Origin: a virus
IMG/VR virus record: IMGVR_UViG_3300023174_003433
Coordinates: 1-64,000 of that record
Direction: 5' to 3' (one strand)
DNA: 64,000 nt
Shown here: positions 36,142 to 44,528 of the stretch, in pieces
Layout of the letters: the number at the start of each line of letters is the position of its first letter
Numbering within the stretch: the first letter of the stretch is position 1
Notes under the pieces: model-generated
Database searches by the model: none
The model's input: only the letters and a program-made list of their open reading frames with translations
What the model was told of the DNA's origin: nothing
Translations under genes and position numbers: made by a program

Positions 36142-36920
36142 AATATTTCACGATTATACTGTTCGTAAATATCAAGTCCAAGATACTCTACACAATTAAC
36201 TGTGGTACGATCAAGTGATGGCTTAATCTTGTGTAAGTTAGGCAAACCAATTGCCAAATCATTATACACTTCTGTTTGAACAATCTTTTCAAAATCATGT
36301 TCAAACTTTGGTAGTTCTAAAAATTCATAGATACGTTTAGTTTGGCTTTTTGGACTATTGCAAAAACGATTGTAATCAATAAAAAGAAAACGATCCAAAT
36401 AACCCATTGTAATTGCATCTTTAATATTTCTATGAGATAATCCCATTGCGCCTTCTGGACCAGCATAGTAATAAGCTCTTGAAGCAATATTGGATCCTTC
36501 TCTTAAAGAAGAATCTGCTTTGGTAAAAAACAAAGGATTCTCTTTTCTAAGTTTTTCAAAAGAAGTTAAAATTTCGGCTGGGTTTCTAACACAAACAATA
36601 ATTTTAACTTTGCGATCCAAAATTGCTTCGACTTGTGGTAGTAGTGGAATCCATCCACGGTCTTTATCAACAATAATAGGCTTATCAATATGAGAATAAT
36701 ATCCCTGTAATACTGATTTTAAAACTCCAACTTTGGCATCTGTATTATTATATTCTTGATTTTGTTCCATACTAGACCAAGAAGCATTAATACTACCAAA
36801 TATAGAAGATAAAGAACTTACGGATTCTCCGTGAACTTCTGAATTTTGTTTGAGTATGTTTGTTATGAGAGTGGAACCTGATCTTGGGAGACCTGCCACA
36901 AAATGTATGGTTTTTTCCAT
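36123..36920 (-). CDS. sulfotransferase family protein
   Basis: GLPRSGSTL (5'-PSB) and VRNPAEILTS (3'-PB) motifs. Confidence 0.85.
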   Translation of the reverse strand: MEKTIHFVAGLPRSGSTLITNILKQNSEVHGESVSSLSSIFGSINASWSSMEQNQEYNNTDAKVGVLKSVLQGYYSHIDKPIIVDKDRGWIPLLPQVEAILDRKVKIIVCVRNPAEILTSFEKLRKENPLFFTKADSSLREGSNIASRAYYYAGPEGAMGLSHRNIKDAITMGYLDRFLFIDYNRFCNSPKSQTKRIYEFLELPKFEHDFEKIVQTEVYNDLAIGLPNLHKIKPSLDRTTVNCVEYLGLDIYEQYNREIFWNAWI

Positions 36921-36970
36921 GATTACCTTTCAGTTTAAAATTATAAAATCAAGATTTAACACTTGTTGTA

Positions 36971-36978
36971 TATTTATA
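36971..36978 (-). promoter_or_regulatory. late promoter TATAAATA
   Basis: exact consensus upstream of the sulfotransferase. Confidence 0.7.
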
Positions 36979-38035
36979 CGCTTATTTTTTCAGCTTTTTG
37001 TTTTTTAGTTTTTTGAGGAAAACGTTCTTTTAATTCATTAGAAACTTTTTGAAATGTATCTGTCCAATCTCCAAATTTAGTTTGCCTAAAAACTTTAGTG
37101 GTGTTTTGATACCAAGGACTATGATCTCCTCCATAAGCCCAAACATGATATGGTAACAATGGCACAATTACCCATGTGGGTTTACCCATTGCAGAAGCAA
37201 GATGAGCAATACTAGTACAAGAAGTAATAACTAAATCTAAATTAGCAATACATGCAGCTGTATCTTCCCAAGAAATTATTAAATGTTGAAGATCGGATAT
37301 TGCTTCAGGTAATTCTTTTACATCTGTATCTCTTTGCAAACTATAGAATTGTATATGAGGAAAATCTTTGTGTAAATTAATTAATTTTTCTGCAGGAAAA
37401 ATACGAAATTGCTGATGTTCAAAAAGAGGGCTACCACTCCAACGAATACCAACTTTTATTTTTTCTGTGTTTAACATTGTTTTCCAAAGATCGACACTTT
37501 CGTTTTTAGCAAAAATGTAAGGCTCGTTTGGTAAATTATCAAATTCATGTCCAAATAACCAGCTAGCACTAAATCCTGGAATCCAAAAATCATGATATGT
37601 TTGAGATACTTGGTCTAAAGTGATACATTCTTTAACACCAGGAATCCGTAGAAAGAGGGGGTGCAATAATTTTTCACAACACATAATACATTTACCGCCT
37701 CGTTTCCAAATTTCGGTGGCAAATCTAGCGTAAATCATTTGGTCGCCAAAACCACACTCCATATTTAAAATGACAGTTTTACCTTTTAAATCACTTTGAT
37801 CCCAAATTGGCTTAGTAGTGTTAATTTTACCACTACCATAAACTTTGAGTGCTCGTCCATTTTCAAGACATTGAAATCCTTCTTGTAATTTTCCTTGATT
37901 AATAAGAAACCAACCACGATTAAATTTTGCTTTTGGATCTGTAGGATCTAAAGCTTCCAATTCTTCAGCCAATTTCCAAGCTTCTTCAAATCTTCCTCTT
38001 ATCATCAAATTCAATTGCTGATCAATCATATGCAT
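36974..38035 (-). CDS. TPR-containing GT-B (GT9-like) glycosyltransferase
   Basis: N-terminal TPR helices; ECGFGDQM, KVGIRWSG, DTAACIANLDLVIT, HLASAMGKPTW, SPWY. Confidence 0.82.
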   Translation of the reverse strand: MHMIDQQLNLMIRGRFEEAWKLAEELEALDPTDPKAKFNRGWFLINQGKLQEGFQCLENGRALKVYGSGKINTTKPIWDQSDLKGKTVILNMECGFGDQMIYARFATEIWKRGGKCIMCCEKLLHPLFLRIPGVKECITLDQVSQTYHDFWIPGFSASWLFGHEFDNLPNEPYIFAKNESVDLWKTMLNTEKIKVGIRWSGSPLFEHQQFRIFPAEKLINLHKDFPHIQFYSLQRDTDVKELPEAISDLQHLIISWEDTAACIANLDLVITSCTSIAHLASAMGKPTWVIVPLLPYHVWAYGGDHSPWYQNTTKVFRQTKFGDWTDTFQKVSNELKERFPQKTKKQKAEKISV

Positions 38036-38067
38036 AATCTAAAACTCCTGTAAAATAATTATATAGA

Positions 38068-38075
38068 TATTTAGT
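38068..38075 (-). promoter_or_regulatory. late promoter variant ACTAAATA
   Basis: upstream of the TPR-GT gene. Confidence 0.5.
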
Positions 38076-38083
38076 AAAGCTTT

Positions 38084-41000
38084 TTATGAAATTCCTACTG
38101 TATGAGCATCACCACCAGCAGATACAGCAGTCCATGAGCTGGATCCTATTTGTACTGGACTGGATCTACTGGTAAGTGTACCATCTCCTAATCGGCCACT
38201 ACCATTATATCCCCACGTAAACAATGTACCACCAGAACGTATAGCTGCTGTATGTACACCACCAGCAGATACAGCAGTCCATGAGCTGGATCCTATTTGT
38301 ACTGGACTGGATTTACTGTTAATGGATCCACTTGTACCATCTCCTAATTGGCCTTGACCATTATATCCCCATGTAAACAAGGTACCACCAGAACGTATAG
38401 CTGCTGTATGATTACCACCAGCAGATACAGCAGTCCATGAGCTGGATCCTATTTGTACTGGACTGGATCTATTGATAAGTGTACCATCTCCTAATCGACC
38501 GACACTATTAGATCCCCATGTAAACAAGGTACCACCAGAACGAATAGCTGCTGTATGAATACTACCAGGACCAGCAGCCACAGCAGTCCATGAGCTGGAT
38601 CCTATTTGTACTGGACTGGATTTTTGAGTACCAAAACCACCAGTACCATCTCCTAATTGGCCATTACTATTAAGTCCCCACGTAAACAAAGTACCACCAG
38701 AACGAATAGCGACTGTGTGACTAAGACCACCAGCCACAGCAGTCCATGAGCTGGATCCTATTTGAACTGGACTGGATCTAGATGTGCTTGTACCATCTCC
38801 TAATTGGCCATATGTATTATTTCCCCATGTAAACAAGGTACCACCAGAACGAATAGCTGCTGTATGATCACGACCAGCACCTACAGCAGTCCATGAGCTG
38901 GATCCTATTTGAACTGGACTGGATCTACTAGTAGTTGTACCATCTCCTAATTGGCCAGCATTAACTCCCCATGTAAATAATCTTCCATCAGAACGAATAG
39001 CTGCTGTATGAGTACCACCAGCAGCCACAGCAGTCCATGAGCTGGATCCTATTAATAAGGGAGAAGGTAGAATAACCACAACATTATTGCCTACTGTTAT
39101 TGGACTGGATTTATTAGTTAATGATCCACCTGTACCATCTCCTAATTGGCCAGATTGATTATATCCCCATGTAAACAATATATTATCAGAACGAATAGCT
39201 GCTGTATGACCTCTACTTACGCTACTATTACCACCACCAGACACAGCAGTCCATGAGCTGGATCCTATTTGTATAGGACTGGATCTACTGACAATTGAAC
39301 TATTTCCTAATTGGCCTTGACCATTATATCCCCATGCAAACAGAGTACCACCAGAACGAATAGCTGCTGTATGCCTACCTCCAGCAGACACAGCAGTCCA
39401 GGAACTAGATCCTATTTGTACTGGCCTAGATTTAGCAACAGCTGTACCATCTCCTAATTGGCCACCAGTATTACCTCCCCATGTAAATAAGTAGCCATCA
39501 GAACGAATAGCTGCTGAATGAGATAAACCAGCAGTTACAACAGTCCATGACATAGATGCAAAATCGGATCCAATTTGTACTGGACTGGATTTACTGTTAA
39601 TGGCTCCACTTGTACCATCTCCTAATTGGCCATGAAAATTATATCCCCATGTAAATATTGTACCACCAGAACGTATAGCTGCTGTATGAGCATCACCACC
39701 AGACACAGCAGTCCATGAGCTGGATCCTATTTGTACTGGACTGGATCTATTGGTAAGTGTACCATCTCCTAATCGGCCATCACTTCTTTGAGAATTATTT
39801 CCCCATGTAAACAAATATCCATCAGAACGTATAGCTCCAGTATGATACCTACCAGCACCTACAGCAGTCCATGAGCTGGATCCTATTTGTACTGGACTGG
39901 ATTTGAGAGCAGTTGTACCATCTCCTAATTGGCCAGCACTATTAAATCCCCATGTAAATAGTGTACCACCGGAACGAATAGCTACTGCATGGTATTGGCC
40001 ACCAGCCACAGCAGTCCAAGAGCTAGATCCTATTTGTACTGGACTAGATTTAGAAACATTCGTACCATCTCCCAATTGGCCAAAAATACCTTGGCCCCAT
40101 GTAAACAACGTACCCCCAGAACGAATAGCTGTTGAATGCCGGCGCCCAGCAGCCACAGCAGTCCATGAACTAGATCCTATTTGAACTGGACTGGAGCTAC
40201 TAGTAGTTGTACCATCTCCTAATTGGCCATTATTATTATAACCCCATGTAAACAAGTAACCATCAGAACGAATAGCTGCTGTATGATCATTTACACTACC
40301 AGCAGCTACAGCAGTCCATGAGCTGGATCCTATTTGTACAGGACTGGAGCTACTAGTAGTTGTACCATCTCCTAACTGGCCATTGTTATTAAATCCCCAC
40401 GTAAATAATGTGCCACCAGATCGAATAGCTACTGTATGCTTAGCACCAGTACTCACAGCAGTCCATGAACTGGATCCAATTTGAACTGGACTGGATCTAG
40501 AAGTGGTTGTACCATCTCCTAAACATCCAGGATTATTATAACCCCATGTAAATAAATATCCATCAGAACGAATAGCTGCTACATGCGCATAACCAGTAGA
40601 CACAACAGTCCAACTCGCAGAACTTGCAATTACAACTGGACTTGATTGCACTATATTAATGAATCCTATTTGTACAGGACTGGATCTATTGGTAAGTGTA
40701 CTATCTCCCACTTGGCCCGCAGTATTAATTCCCCATGTAAATAATAAATTATCAGAACGAATAGCTCCCGCATGATAACCACCAGTACTCACAGCAGTCC
40801 ATGAGCTGGATCCTATTTGTACAGGACTGGAGCTACTAGTAGTTGTACCATCTCCTAACTGGCCACCGCTATTAAATCCCCACGTAAATAATGTGCCACC
40901 AGATCGAATAGCTGCTGTGAAAGCTGCGCCAGCATTTATTACAGTCCAGGAACTAGATCCTATTTGAATCGGACTGGATTTGCTATTAGCATCACCGGAT

Positions 41001-43450
41001 GTACTATCACCTATTTGTCCTCTGTAATTACCTCCCCATGTAAATAAGGTACCACCAGAACGAATAGCTGCTGTATGAGAACCACCAGCAGATACAGCAG
41101 TCCATGAGCTGGATCCTATTTGAACTGGACTGGATAGTGAAACAAGATTATTTCCAACCGTTACTGGACTGCTTTGCCTGAACCGTGTGCCAAAACTAAT
41201 TTGTCCTAATTGGCCATAATTATTAATTCCCCATGTAAATAAGGCACTATAAAAACCACTAGAACGAACAGCTGCTGTATAATATCGGCCAGCAGACACA
41301 GCAGTCCATGAACTAGATCCTATTTGTACTGGACTGGATTTATCAGCAGTTGTACCATCTCCCAATTGGCCTTGGGCATTTCGACCCCATGTAAACAAAG
41401 TACCACCAGAACGAATAGCTGTTGTATGATCGTTACCACCAGACACAGCAGTCCATGAGCTGGATCCTATTTGAACTGGACTGGATCTAGATGTGCTTGT
41501 ACCATCTCCTAATCGACCTTGGCCATTAGATCCCCATGTAAACAAGTAACCATCAGAACGAATAGCTGCTGTATGATAAGCACCAGCATTTACAGCAGTC
41601 CATGAACTAGATCCTATTTGAACCGGACTGGATTTAGCAACAGCTGTACCATCTCCTAATTGGCCATAATTATTTTGGCCCCATGTAAATAATAAATTAT
41701 CAGAACGTATAGCAATTCCATGTCGAGCACCAGCATCTACAACAGTCCATGAGCTGGATCCTATTTGTACAGGACTGGATCTATTGGTGGTACCACCATC
41801 TCCTAACTGACCAGTACTATTATATCCCCATGTAAACAAGGTACCACCAGAACGAATAGCTGCTGTATGAGATAAACCAGCAGTTACAACAGTCCAAGAG
41901 CTGGATCCAATTTGAACTGGACTGGACCTATTAAAACCAGAAGTCCCATCACCCACTTGTCCTCTGTAATTACCTCCCCATGCAAACAAATATCCATCAG
42001 AACGAATAGCTGCTGTATGAGTACCACCAGCAGCCACAGCAGTCCAAGAGCTGGATCCAATTTGAACTGGACTAGATTTACCAACAATTGTACTATCTCC
42101 TAATTGGCCTTGGGTATTTCGACCCCATGTAAATAATAAATTATCAGAACGAATAGCTGCTGTATGGTAACCACCTACAGACACAACAGTCCAGCTAGAT
42201 AAATTTGTTAGTGACTCATTTCCAATTTGGCCCGCACTTCCAAGACCCCATGTAAACAAGTATCCAATATTATTAATAGCTGCTGTATGAGTACCACCAG
42301 CACTTACAGCAGTCCATGAGCTGGATCCTATTTGAACTGGACTAGATTTATCAGCAGTTGTACCATCTCCTAATTGGCCTTGAAGATTATATCCCCATGT
42401 AAATAAGGTACCACCAGAACGAATAGCAGTTGTATGAAAAAAACCAGCATCTACAACAGTCCATGAGCTGGATCCTATTTGTACAGGACTGGATCTATTG
42501 GTAGTTGTATTATCTCCTAATCGACCGTTTCCATTACCTCCCCATGTGAACAAGGTACCACCAGAACGAATAGCAACTGTATGAACATAACCAGCACTCA
42601 CAGCAGTCCATGAGCTAGAGCCTATTTGTACTGGACTGGATCTAGTGGTAGTTGTACTATCTCCTAATTGACCATAATTATTTCGTCCCCATGTAAATAA
42701 TAAATTATCGGAACGAATAGCAGCTGTATGAGAACCATTAACAGACACAACAGTCCAGCTAAGCAAAGCTGTTGTATCTCCTTGCCCCAACTGGCCAGAA
42801 CCATTAAGTCCCCATGTAAATAAGGTACCACCAGAACGAACAGCCATTGTATGAAGAGCACCAGCAGCTACAGCAGTCCATGAGCTGGATCCTATTTGTA
42901 TTGGACTGGATTTATTGGTAAGTGTACCATCTCCTAATTGGCCTTGACCATTATATCCCCATGTAAACAAGTAACCATCAGAACGAATAGCTGCTGTATG
43001 ATTACCACCAGCAGCCACAGCAGTCCATGAACTGGATCCTATTTGTACTGGACTAGATTTATTGAAAGTTGTACTATCTCCTAATTTGCCATATTGATTA
43101 AATCCCCATGTGAACAAAGTACCACCAGAACGAAGAGCAGCTGTATGTCTAAATCCAGCAGACACAGCAGTCCATGAGCTGGATCCAATTTGAACTGGAC
43201 TGGATCTAGTGGTAGTTGTATTATCACCTAATACGCCATTATTATATCCCCATGTAAACAAGTAACCATCAGAACGAATAGCTGCTGTATGAGAACCACC
43301 AGCACTTACAGCAGTCCAACTGGATAAAGGTGTTGTTACAGTTGTTCCTAACTGGCCATAAGCATTATTTCCCCATGTGTATAAAAATTTATTCTCGGCT
43401 GGAGCAGCTGCAGAAGCACCTTTAGCTAAAAGTTGTTCAATGAATAACAT
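38084..43450 (-). CDS. giant RCC1/BLIP-II repeat beta-propeller protein (putative adhesin)
   Basis: 35 blade-equivalents of WTAVSAGxxHTAAIRSxGxLFTWGxNxxGQLGDxTxxxxSSPVQIGSSS. Confidence 0.92.
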   Translation of the reverse strand: MLFIEQLLAKGASAAAPAENKFLYTWGNNAYGQLGTTVTTPLSSWTAVSAGGSHTAAIRSDGYLFTWGYNNGVLGDNTTTTRSSPVQIGSSSWTAVSAGFRHTAALRSGGTLFTWGFNQYGKLGDSTTFNKSSPVQIGSSSWTAVAAGGNHTAAIRSDGYLFTWGYNGQGQLGDGTLTNKSSPIQIGSSSWTAVAAGALHTMAVRSGGTLFTWGLNGSGQLGQGDTTALLSWTVVSVNGSHTAAIRSDNLLFTWGRNNYGQLGDSTTTTRSSPVQIGSSSWTAVSAGYVHTVAIRSGGTLFTWGGNGNGRLGDNTTTNRSSPVQIGSSSWTVVDAGFFHTTAIRSGGTLFTWGYNLQGQLGDGTTADKSSPVQIGSSSWTAVSAGGTHTAAINNIGYLFTWGLGSAGQIGNESLTNLSSWTVVSVGGYHTAAIRSDNLLFTWGRNTQGQLGDSTIVGKSSPVQIGSSSWTAVAAGGTHTAAIRSDGYLFAWGGNYRGQVGDGTSGFNRSSPVQIGSSSWTVVTAGLSHTAAIRSGGTLFTWGYNSTGQLGDGGTTNRSSPVQIGSSSWTVVDAGARHGIAIRSDNLLFTWGQNNYGQLGDGTAVAKSSPVQIGSSSWTAVNAGAYHTAAIRSDGYLFTWGSNGQGRLGDGTSTSRSSPVQIGSSSWTAVSGGNDHTTAIRSGGTLFTWGRNAQGQLGDGTTADKSSPVQIGSSSWTAVSAGRYYTAAVRSSGFYSALFTWGINNYGQLGQISFGTRFRQSSPVTVGNNLVSLSSPVQIGSSSWTAVSAGGSHTAAIRSGGTLFTWGGNYRGQIGDSTSGDANSKSSPIQIGSSSWTVINAGAAFTAAIRSGGTLFTWGFNSGGQLGDGTTTSSSSPVQIGSSSWTAVSTGGYHAGAIRSDNLLFTWGINTAGQVGDSTLTNRSSPVQIGFINIVQSSPVVIASSASWTVVSTGYAHVAAIRSDGYLFTWGYNNPGCLGDGTTTSRSSPVQIGSSSWTAVSTGAKHTVAIRSGGTLFTWGFNNNGQLGDGTTTSSSSPVQIGSSSWTAVAAGSVNDHTAAIRSDGYLFTWGYNNNGQLGDGTTTSSSSPVQIGSSSWTAVAAGRRHSTAIRSGGTLFTWGQGIFGQLGDGTNVSKSSPVQIGSSSWTAVAGGQYHAVAIRSGGTLFTWGFNSAGQLGDGTTALKSSPVQIGSSSWTAVGAGRYHTGAIRSDGYLFTWGNNSQRSDGRLGDGTLTNRSSPVQIGSSSWTAVSGGDAHTAAIRSGGTIFTWGYNFHGQLGDGTSGAINSKSSPVQIGSDFASMSWTVVTAGLSHSAAIRSDGYLFTWGGNTGGQLGDGTAVAKSRPVQIGSSSWTAVSAGGRHTAAIRSGGTLFAWGYNGQGQLGNSSIVSRSSPIQIGSSSWTAVSGGGNSSVSRGHTAAIRSDNILFTWGYNQSGQLGDGTGGSLTNKSSPITVGNNVVVILPSPLLIGSSSWTAVAAGGTHTAAIRSDGRLFTWGVNAGQLGDGTTTSRSSPVQIGSSSWTAVGAGRDHTAAIRSGGTLFTWGNNTYGQLGDGTSTSRSSPVQIGSSSWTAVAGGLSHTVAIRSGGTLFTWGLNSNGQLGDGTGGFGTQKSSPVQIGSSSWTAVAAGPGSIHTAAIRSGGTLFTWGSNSVGRLGDGTLINRSSPVQIGSSSWTAVSAGGNHTAAIRSGGTLFTWGYNGQGQLGDGTSGSINSKSSPVQIGSSSWTAVSAGGVHTAAIRSGGTLFTWGYNGSGRLGDGTLTSRSSPVQIGSSSWTAVSAGGDAHTVGIS
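38090..43385 (-). repeat. coding tandem repeat, about 150-nt unit
   Basis: near-identical blocks such as cagcagtccatgagctggatcctatttg and ccaccagaacgaatagctgctgtatg recur throughout. Confidence 0.95.
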
Positions 43451-43945
43451 TTAATTTTCTAATGATGGCCAATTGACTTGAGCAATATTCACAACCTCAT
43501 TTTCTGAATATACTTGTATAATATCTCTTAGAGCTTGTCGATATATAATCCATTTATTTTTGGTGTTTTCATCAAATAAATTTTGTACATCTTGTAATTG
43601 AGTCCAATCAGAACTAACTAACAATTCATTTCTTTTTTTTCTTAGTTCTTCTATAAATCTATATTTTAAAGTAGAGAATTCTTCAACAGGTTCTGGTTGT
43701 CTTTCAGTTATAATAATACTTTCTAAAACATCATTCTCTCTAATCTCATAATTATATCCACTTACATAATGGGTTAAATCATTCCACGTTTCATTTTGTT
43801 TAGTTACAGGATACCAACCTACAGATTTTAAAAAAGGCAAATCATCAGCAGCCAAATTTAGTCCGCTTACATTTCTCCAATTATTAGGTAGTAAGTCATA
43901 CTGACCTGTAATTTCATTATTTTCTATGTGTACCCAATTTGCCAT
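43451..43945 (-). CDS. tail fibre assembly chaperone-like protein
   Basis: LRKKRNELLVSSDWTQL...WIIYRQALRDI...VNWP. Confidence 0.82.
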   Translation of the reverse strand: MANWVHIENNEITGQYDLLPNNWRNVSGLNLAADDLPFLKSVGWYPVTKQNETWNDLTHYVSGYNYEIRENDVLESIIITERQPEPVEEFSTLKYRFIEELRKKRNELLVSSDWTQLQDVQNLFDENTKNKWIIYRQALRDIIQVYSENEVVNIAQVNWPSLEN

Positions 43946-43957
43946 TTTTAATATCCG

Positions 43958-44518
43958 TTATTTGCTGTCTACCATAGAGGCCACACCTCGCCAATTTAAA
44001 CCGCCGTCATCTGTGATAAATGTTAACACATCAACACCGGCCGCTGTAAGAGATGGAGCTGTACCTCCAGGCCATTTGACTGCCGAAGGCCAAGTTAATG
44101 CTGCAGAGCCTCCATTGGTAAGCTCTAAAACAAAACCGATGGCAGCCGGCGGTGCAATTGGATTAGAAAATACCCAAGTTGTAACACCCGTTACAGTTGC
44201 TGATACATAATTACCTAAAGTTAAATCTATGGTTCTAGTACCAGAACCAGCACCCAATACATTATGTGTTGTACCATATTGAGTAATTGCTCTGTTACTG
44301 TTTATGTATGGAGAACCCAATATAGAATATGAATTGGCTGTTATGATACCAGTATGCGAACTTAATAAAACTTCTACGTTGGTGACTTGTGTGCCACCAA
44401 CAGGTAAAGTTTTGAAAAGCCGATTTGATGTTGGGTCATACACCTCATCACCAAGCCGTTGGCCGTTTAATGAGGTGTTTGCCGATACTACATGCCGAAT
44501 ATAATCCCGAGAGGACAT
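43958..44518 (-). CDS. tail fibre-associated protein
   Basis: start MSSRDY with AGGGAGG SD; TWPSAVKWPGGTAPSLT..GVDVL module. Confidence 0.7.
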   Translation of the reverse strand: MSSRDYIRHVVSANTSLNGQRLGDEVYDPTSNRLFKTLPVGGTQVTNVEVLLSSHTGIITANSYSILGSPYINSNRAITQYGTTHNVLGAGSGTRTIDLTLGNYVSATVTGVTTWVFSNPIAPPAAIGFVLELTNGGSAALTWPSAVKWPGGTAPSLTAAGVDVLTFITDDGGLNWRGVASMVDSK

Positions 44519-44528
44519 TTTACCTCCC

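Noticed and set aside
38084-43450. CRISPR-like array (constant blocks alternating with variable blocks)
   Set aside because: The repeats keep one open frame for 1788 codons and encode RCC1 blades; no cas genes or leader
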